Of a stretch of DNA of 64,000 nucleotides, positions 53,383 through 64,000 are shown one piece after another. Within the stretch, counting starts at the first letter, position 1. Each line of letters starts with the position of its first letter. Both the position numbers and the translations under genes were made by a program. Origin of the DNA: Octopus vulgaris (Eukaryota); the NCBI GenBank assembly GCA_951406725.2, contig OX597816.1:86056001-86120000 (forward strand), in the 5' to 3' direction. The notes below the pieces were generated by a model that was not told the origin of the DNA, made no database searches, and saw only the letters and a list, made by a program, of their open reading frames with translations.

Positions 53383-53384
<2 letters not shown>
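53318..53384 (+). mobile_element. Second ~65-bp 3'-terminal copy of subfamily 2
   Basis: Same CCTTTCTTGAGG 5' junction as 52598-52658. Confidence 0.85.
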
Positions 53385-55050
<1,666 letters not shown>

Positions 55051-55907
55051 TAATTATAATAGAAATATTAATACTCAGTTTCAGAATTTTAATACTAATT
55101 ATGTGAAAATATATAAGATTGTATAAAACTATAATTAATTGAAATTTTGATTTAACTTAAATTTTCAATTACCCACTCTTACTTTTTATTATTATTTTTT
55201 TGCCATTTTTTTCTCTTACTAACATGTATGATGCTGACTTATAATAAGTAACCATACAAAGACTACCACACATCTCAATAGATGTGGAAAAAACGGAAGA
55301 AATTACTCTTATTTATTAATGAGATTTTATAGATATTCGAATATTTCTCGTCGATTATGTATATCACATCACACGCCACCATCTTACATGCTTTCATATT
55401 ATCTATTTATTTTTTGCGATTGTATTTTCAAATAAAAGTGCCTAATAGAAATAATATCGTTTTCCTTTACTTTCTTCTCTATATTCAGTATAGTTTTGCT
55501 TTGATTTTTCCAAAATTTTATTTCGTATAATGAAACTAAAAGGAAAATTCACGTTTCATCACACCAAATATTTCCCGTTAATAAAACCTATCTCCTCTTT
55601 TCTTTTGTAGCTCAATCCTATCTTATTTCCTCCTGATATGTATTTCTTTTAATATATTTCATACCTTCAGAAATATAGAAAAATTATTGTTATATGTGAT
55701 GACCGATATCATCATTACATAGATCGATATACCACAAGTAACAGTCATATATATTTACATTTGATGTCGTTACTGTGGGTTTGTCCACCTACGAATATTA
55801 CTTCGCATAGAAACATTCGGTCGATGATTCATTCTTTCTAATATTTGCACTTGATGGCTCAACTCTTTATATACATTAGTAAGCATTTAAATATTTTTCA
55901 AATATAA

Positions 55908-55972
<65 letters not shown>

Positions 55973-56018
55973 ATATATATTACGGAGATGTACTTGCATA
56001 ACAAGTGTGCTGGAACGA

Positions 56019-56306
56019 AAACAATTTCAGCGTAGAAGGTGTTTATAAGCCATTTAAGAAACGCACAAAAACCGATAGATTCACTTCAACATTTAAACTT
56101 GATTTGTCTAAATATTTTAGTCGCTTTGAGACCACGACCTGTTCACTGACAAAAGAGAGGCAGCACGGACTTTTGTCACTGAACAGGACGCGCTCTCAAA
56201 GCGACGAAAATATTTTGACAACTTAAATTTAAATGTTGAAGTGAATCTAACGGTTTTTGTGTGCTTCTTAAATGGCTTATAAACACCTTCCACGCTGCAA
56301 TTGTTT
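56019..56306. repeat. ~137-bp-arm fold-back (inverted PLE-like pLTR ends) with 14-nt spacer
   Basis: 56019-56155 is the reverse complement of 56170-56306 with scattered mismatches. Confidence 0.92.
56173..56221 (+). ncRNA. Hammerhead-like motif, G3:C8 consensus core; mirror copy at 56104-56152 on the minus strand
   Basis: TTGTCA [C/G]TGAACA GG(T/A)CGC..GCGAC GAAA ATAT TT TGACAA. Confidence 0.55.
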
Positions 56307-57109
56307 ATATATATATATATATATATAATAACAAATTAATAAATAAAACATATGCATACATACATATATGTACATACCTACATCTATATGTATATATACA
56401 TGCATATATGCGTACAGGACACCAAAAAACGTAGAACACATCGAGAAACGAAGACATAAAAATAAAAAACATGAAAACGGACTTTTTCAAACAACGAAAA
56501 AACAGAGTACAAGATATACAACACAAGGAACATTCCCCTTCTTCAGCTGCCCCTGCTTCGACTACTCCGTGTTTCGAAGGTGATGGCAAGACACGACTTC
56601 ATTGAAACAATCCTTCCCGCAACGCAAATTAAATAAAAATTGGGATTTTTTGCGGAGGGGTAAAAATGGTGACAAGAACAAGACAGTAGAAACAAAACAA
56701 GAGAGTAAAAGTAATACAAATAAAAACAGTAAAATGCAGGACAAGGGAAATAACAGAAAAAACAAACGATAAGAGCTTTTAAGCCGAGACGATGGAAAAA
56801 CCTATTTTGAACGCATTGAGAAAACGGCTTACGAGGACAGGAGAAGCCGTTGTAGACTTGCTGAAGGCAGTAGTAAGAATGAAAGTTAGTTACCCTCCGG
56901 TCAGCGACGAGAAGGAGGAGGAGGAGTAAGACAGACGGAACGGTGAAAGGGAGAGGAGAAGAATAGGGAAAAGTGGGAGAGAAAACCAAAAAAGATGAAA
57001 AATAAGAGAGGGAGAGAGACAGGCAGGGAGGAAGGCAGATAGGCAGGGAGGAAAGTAGGGAGTTAGGTCAAGTTAAGAGTGCGCCTCATAATTATTAAGA
57101 TAATTATTA

Positions 57110-57176
<67 letters not shown>

Positions 57177-57327
57177 CACCGGCGTAAGTATGTTGGTGGA
57201 GGATGGCATTCTCACCACACGGTTCAGTTCGTCGTCCAGTCCAACTTCGCGGCACCATGTTCAAGTGTTTACTATTGTTTCGGGCCGTCCATAGAGTTGC
57301 GAATGGATTTGGGACGCAGGAACTGAA

Positions 57328-57402
<75 letters not shown>

Positions 57403-57409
57403 CACACAT

Positions 57410-58201
57410 ATATATATATTTTAAATACAGATTCTGTCTGTTTGTGTGTTTGTTCATTTGTTTGTCCACCATAATGAAAGAAACTTTTTCAAGAGAAAGT
57501 ATGTTTTTTCCATATCTCCTATTAGGCTATTGCTTAATTTGTTTTAACAACATTTTTGCAATAGTACAACACTAATTGTGCACAGACGTATGAGGAATTG
57601 CATTGAGGCAAATATTCTCACTGGTTGTGGTAAAGTTGACACCGTCTTCGTTTCTCTTATTCCAATTGAAGCCGTTACATTTCCCTATCCCACATTCTTT
57701 TGCCATGGGCATTAATAGAACTCATGGCGAAACACGAAAAGATGCTGGATTGCAACTTGAAGAACTAACAGTTATTACATGTTTTCTCTTATATAATACA
57801 CTAATACAAGACTAATAGACCTAATTCTGATGTTGTAGTCTCACCCTGGTTCAGATTCAAAACTGAATGTCTCAATTCTCCTGGGACATACGGCCTATTA
57901 AAATTTCAAAAGAAACCGCAAGAAATGGGCCTTTCACTTCACCTGTGGCCTTCTCAGTGACATCGCATAGTCATCTGGATTCCGTAAATCTATTCATATA
58001 TATGATATAGCTACTCTTTTAGCTTCATTCTTTCAATTCTCCAATAGCATACCACCTACTCAGACGTCAAAAGGAACATAGAGAAATGGATGTTCTACTT
58101 GACCTATAGCATTTTCAGTGCCATCGCAATCATCTGGATTCCACGAAGCTATTCTATGATATACCCATTTTATTTAGCTTCTTTGCGGGTATTACTGCTA
58201 G
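57410..58201 (+). mobile_element. Putative non-autonomous Helitron
   Basis: AT-rich start followed by a (CTGT/TTGT)-like tract; 3' end ataccc...gggtat TACTG CTAG|T. Confidence 0.5.
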
Positions 58202-58215
58202 TATATGTATATATA

Positions 58216-58260
<45 letters not shown>

Positions 58261-58284
58261 GTATATAAATATATACACACACAC

Positions 58285-58328
<44 letters not shown>

Positions 58329-58350
58329 GTATAGAAATACATACACACAC

Positions 58351-58397
<47 letters not shown>

Positions 58398-59732
58398 TCG
58401 CTACACGCATTTCCCCATGTCATATGAATTTGAGATCACAGTCCATATTCCTGAGATGACTACAGTGCAGAACGTAGTATCCGTGGGTGTCGGGTTGATC
58501 ATCTTCAAGGATTCATTTCTTCATACGATGTCACATTAATGGCTGCACACCAGAGGAAAATTTGTCCTACAGAAACTTTATTTGGAAGTATATATATACA
58601 TTTGTAATTATACTTGAATTATTGATTTGAGAGATTAGCGAATAAGTTTCATATATCTTTCCTATACTATTCATCTAGATATATCTAACATATCTATACT
58701 AATCCATTCATATAGTATGTCATGTAATCGAATAAATGTTAAATGGATTCTAAGGTTACGTTACGATTAGTTATCTACTGTTACCCTATAATGTGATAAA
58801 ATACATGTTGAAACTATATTATAAATTGAAAAAAAAAAATTCCAGATCATGGTCTCATAACACATCATAAAACACAGCATACAAATCAACGTGCAGAAAA
58901 TCTGCGTCTTGGTGAATATGAGTGATCTGTTACCTTCTTTTCCAAATATATATTCGTTTTGTATATTGAATTTCTAGTTCAAATCTAGATGATATCACAT
59001 CTCACCGATATAAATAATGTATATCAATGTGCTGAATTTTATATTTACGATAGACTAGCATTAAGCTTCACATGCATCGTTAAATTGCATTAAAGTTGCT
59101 GTTACATTATTGTAAATATGCAGTATTTTCTATAACGTATATATTAAAGTATAACGTTATTGATAAACTATGGTTACTCATCAGAATTATTGTCATATAA
59201 CACTAAATCACCCGCTGCGAATATCTAATATTACATTACGGAAGAGACCAGATGTGTACATTTATTTAAAAGTTAACACACAGAATTTATGACCGCATCA
59301 CAACTTTACATCTAAGAGAGAGAATAATTGGTTATAACGAATTGTAAAAACATACAGGATTTGCTTTCATACTGTGAAGAAAAATGGCGAATCTGCTTAC
59401 GCAAATCTTTGCAGAAGATTCCAGCCAATTATAATTTTATATAAATGATGCTATTTTAATGCACATTTCGTTTTTCTTTTGGCAAATACACATATTTCTC
59501 AAATATTTCTATTTCATGTCGACTAATTTTAATCATATTATCCCAATCAATCTTCAAATATTTTAGAATTTGTTTCAGGCACGGACATACAGAACAACCG
59601 CACAAACACAGACACGCAGGTGCGCATACGCGAGCGGGTGCACAATCACAATAACACACACAAACACGCATAAAAGGAGAGAGAAAAAGGCAGATATGCC
59701 TGCATATATCTATATAAAAGCAGACTCACACA

Positions 59733-59779
<47 letters not shown>

Positions 59780-59780
<1 letters not shown>

Positions 59781-60990
59781 TAGCAGTGATACCTGTCGTT
59801 GATCGGGTAATTACTTTTACACTTTCTCGGGTGCCACATTCAAAGTATTACTATATATATATATATATATATATATAATTTACTCCTCCTGTATGTGTAT
59901 GTTTTATCAGAGAAAAATATGTAATAATTGAAGTAGAAAAAAGGAACTGTGTTTGTTTATTATATGACAATAATAAGTGAGGTGTATGTTTTTATTTTAT
60001 TTATTAATACAGTGATGGCAATTATATAATATTGTTATAAGAGAACACATGTAATAGTTCAAGTAAGAAAAAGATAAATTTCATACATGATTTTCTGTTT
60101 GTTTATTATATGATAATAATAAGTTAGCTCTATGTGCTATTTTATTTGTCAAATAATGGCAATTATATAATACACTACATTCAAATATGTAAGTTACTCA
60201 TTCTTGAATGTAATGAAAGTAATAGTAAATTAAGTTATTGAAGTATTCATATTGCATTAAGAGTGAATATTTCTTTATAAACAATATTTGTTTGTTTTAT
60301 TTCGGGGTGCATAAGCAGAAAGATTTGCTTTCGCTCCCACACATGAAGCCCCTATATAAAGTTGTCATGTGAAAAGCCCGTCTGTTCAGGTTGCAATCCA
60401 GCAACTTTTAGTGCCCATGGCAAAGAAAATTGTGATACAAAACTTTAATCGCTTAAACTAGAATGAGATATTGGATGGTATAACTGATATGCGAGGAATG
60501 AAGATGGGCTTACCTTTACCACAACCAGTGAGAATATTTGCCTCAATGCAGTTCCTCACGAGTTTATTCACAATTAATCTTTTACCTTTGCATAATTTTG
60601 GTTGAGACAAATTATATTGGGCCCGGTGGTTCTAGTGAGTTCAAACATTCGATGGGGGTAATTAAAAATATCATGAGCAGCAACAACCCTGTCAATAGAA
60701 TAGTAAGAAAATACTCCTGCTGGAAGTTTATTCAACAGCATATTCTTAATGCTACTTACAGCCACATGTTTTGGTGCCAGGATAGGTCGGTCACAAATCT
60801 AATCTATATTGTTGCAATTATTAAGAAGATTAGGAAAGATTTTATCCACCAAATCATCGGCGGAATCAGTTGAATTACATATTGGATTGATTGTAATTTA
60901 GGCAATAACATAATAGCTTCCCTTGAAAAAGGTGTTCTCATTTTGCCGGAGAAAGAGTATTAACTAAAATGTTTCGTTAAAATTAACTGA
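59780..60990 (-). mobile_element. Helitron remnant (Pif1-like helicase C-terminus plus canonical 3' end)
   Basis: Minus strand DRPILAP, LLNKLP..YYSID..NYP, ILTGCGKGKPIFIPRISVIPS..FKRLKF..FAM, QLYIGAS. Terminal hairpin 59791-59808 and CTAG|T at 59780-59783. Confidence 0.85.
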
Positions 60991-61337
60991 AAGAAAACTG
61001 GGATACAATTAACAAATGGAAAATATGCATTCTCTTTATTGACAGGGGCTTATTTATAACATTTGGAATGGTTTGGTATATGATGAAAGCATAGCAAGAG
61101 AATGAATACAAAAATATTGGTGAACCGTATAACGAATTAATTATTTACTCTGCTTAATCTGACAGAACATACCAATGAGCATAGAAAAATTGAAAAGCAA
61201 TAAACTTTAAAAATAACTTCTGAAAGATCAGCAGTTATATTCAATATTGTTCAATACTTAAAATAACCTCTCCGCTGTTGGCTTAATCAGAAATCTTTTT
61301 CGTAAGTACATTGTTGTAAATGTCAGGATGATTTTCA

Positions 61338-61395
<58 letters not shown>

Positions 61396-62426
61396 TTGTG
61401 TGTATATGTTTACATGTATGAATGTGCGTATGCATCTATATATATATATGTATATATATACATGTACATATATAAAAACACAAATGTATATACTGTGTAT
61501 ATATATATGCATATATTCATATATATATATGTATGTATTTATGTATGTATGTATAAAAATTTACATATATATATATATATGTATTTATAATAGAATACAA
61601 AAAAGAAACGGAGAAAGTAAAAATATATCACTGTATAAACCACCGTATCGGATGTGGTTACACTCACTGGTTACAATTAGTTACATCGTATTATGTTAGC
61701 TTCTGAACGAATCCACCAACCGGTTAGGCGGGTAGGCCATTATAGCTCCTAATCAGAATGCCACTCTGTCACTTAGTAGACAACTGAGTGTTCTAGAGCA
61801 ATTTGAAATGAAATGTTTTGCGCAGTCCAGGAAATAATACATCGTTCTTACAATCATGATTGTAGCACTCTAACCACCAGGCCACATAACTTCATGGACA
61901 CACATATAGATGTGTGTATGCTTCTTTGCGCGTGCACGCACGGTGTGTCTTGTGTGTTTGTGCGTGCGTGCTTCTTTATGTATGTATTTTTAAGTGTGTG
62001 CCTTTGTGTAACGTGCTGCAATATTCCATGCTGGCAACGTATCATTCCTGGCTAGTAGCCATCTACGTTCAGGTTGATATAGATCCCAACTCGCCCTGTA
62101 GTGTTAAAATTTATCCAGCAGGAGAACGTTTTACGCACACTAAATTGCACTATCGAGCCATGCACCGAGAATCTTCCGAGCTAAAAAAAGTAGACTAAAT
62201 AAGGTTTTAGGAAGTTTGACTTGAAAATGCATTCAAAAAGCTTTCATCACTTGATTAAAATTATTATTAGCTTTCTCAATTTCATCAGCTGAGAATTCTG
62301 TCAAATATAGCTATAGTTTGGCAAAGCCGCTCAATTTCAGTACACAACCACTCCCAGTGACAGCTAACATGAACAAGAAAAACAGCAGCAACAACAAGAA
62401 AAGCAGCAACAGCAACAACAGCAACA

Positions 62427-62610
62427 GTGGAGGCGCAATAGCCAAGTGGTTAGGGCAGCGGACTCACGGTCGTAAGAACGCGGTTACGTTCCCAGACCGG
62501 GCATTGTGAGTATTTATTGAGCAAAAGCAACTAAGCTCCTACGTGGCGCCGGCGGGGGGTGGGGGTGGTGTTGAAACCCGCTGTACTCTTTCACCATAAC
62601 TTTCTCTCCC
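62427..62610 (+). mobile_element. SINE family C 5' part
   Basis: gtggaggcgcaatagccaagtggttagg...ctgtactctttcacca, matching the reverse complement of about 11610-11787. Confidence 0.85.
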
Positions 62611-62813
62611 TAGTATGCATTGTGAATCCTCTGTACCCCAGGATGGTTCAGCTTTCCACCCGTTAAAAGGCACCGTTTACGGAAAGAGGATAACAAACTA
62701 GTTTTCGCACCCGTGCAACCGCCAGTCTATAGTTTGTGGTTGGTGAATCTTCAAGTTGCCACATGCATTCTTGGTAGCTTAGAGTAGGCTCGAATTAGAA
62801 ATTGTTCTTTGTG

Positions 62814-62816
62814 GAA

Positions 62817-62863
<47 letters not shown>

Positions 62864-62925
62864 AGAAGAAGAAAAAGAAGAAGAAGAACAACAATAGCAA
62901 CGACATCAACAGCAACAACAACAGA
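62814..62925. repeat. (GAA)n followed by (CAA)-like repeats
   Basis: Seen directly; it produces the poly-K and poly-F ORFs. Confidence 0.95.
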
Positions 62926-63669
62926 ATGAACACGACGGACTATTTAACATGCAAGAACATTGCTATGAAAATTACTCAAAAATATCCGATGAATCCGGAG
63001 AAAGAAAGCAAGAAGTGACGAGATGCTGCGAACAGGACGTTGTAGACACTATTTTTTGATATTCATTTCGTGTATATAATATATTAAAATTGTTTACAGA
63101 TTCTAAATTCGCGGCCATCGAAAAAGAGTTCATATGAACACCTCACTGCACCCACCATCACTAGCAACAAGTTCAAAAATGGCAGATAAGTGAAATATAT
63201 TTGCACCGAACTTCCTTAAACAGAGCACGCGTACTTGAAATTTAATACAAATCATATTGATACTGACTCGTGCAAAATTCTTCAGCTACAGCAGGTACGA
63301 TTAAACGGCGGAAATTTTGACGGTCAATTTCAAGTCTCACTGCACAAATGGACACGAGAGTATAGTGTCCATATATAGAGTATATTCTAGATCCATAATT
63401 TGCTGGGGAACTCCACCCACAAAAGATTGCTATGCAAGTAGCGTACGTAGATCAATCTCACCTAAATTAAAATACATTCTTGATATGGAGGATTTAAAAT
63501 CAGCACTACCCAACTTGATTTGAGAGGAGGGGATATCAAGGTAATAGTAGAAATCTAAGGGTTTATAGAAGGCAATGTTTTTTGCGAATACAGTAGGGGC
63601 GGGATATCGTTTCCTATAGACGCCTGTTACATCAGAGCAAAGATAACTATCGTAGCAGTTATCTATATC

Positions 63670-63778
<109 letters not shown>

Positions 63779-63779
63779 G

Positions 63780-63900
63780 TCGAGCTTTTTCCAGTTCCGA
63801 CTGCCAAGAATCTGTGGTCGGCCCGAGGCTATATTACAAGGCATTTGCCGAAGGTGACACGTACTGAATCCGGGATTATATGGTTGGGAAGCAACGCCTG
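63780..63900 (-). mobile_element. Decayed SINE family A 5' part
   Basis: tggtcggcccgaggctata..catttgcc..aaggtg..actgaa..cggga..atatggttgggaagcaa, a diverged reverse complement of about 48760-48900. Confidence 0.65.
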
Positions 63901-64000
63901 CATCTATATATGCATTTGTTTTTTATCAGCATTCGTTAAGCGAACACATTTTACACCACTTATTATTTACGCAGCCTGCTCAATATATCTCACAGAAATT

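Noticed and set aside
56500-56640. Hammerhead-like pieces on the minus strand (CCTTC GAAA CACG...CTGAAGA AGG)
   Set aside because: Stems I and III cannot be built convincingly. Probably a decayed PLE pLTR, not supportable.
63317-63620. Possible RT fragment ([10 protein letters not shown])
   Set aside because: One weak motif with no supporting colinear motifs.

Overview
AT-rich, repeat-dense eukaryotic DNA. The SINE, LINE and microsatellite make-up resembles an Octopus/cephalopod genome, which is an inference. No host protein-coding gene can be supported and the window is mostly decayed mobile elements. It contains: Penelope-like elements (PLEs) with inverted pseudo-LTRs and several minimal hammerhead-ribozyme-like motifs, including U3:A8 and G3:C8 core variants; RLE-type non-LTR retrotransposons (R4/Dong-like) in (AAT)n tracts, with a head-to-tail pile-up at 49.3-54.7 kb that also holds a non-coding ~550-bp passenger; two tandem ORF1-only (HAL1-like) L1/Tx1-type elements; CR1-like LINE pieces whose 3' tail matches one of three tRNA-derived SINE families; and mariner, Academ-like and Helitron remnants. 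Most short ORFs in the track are microsatellite artefacts.
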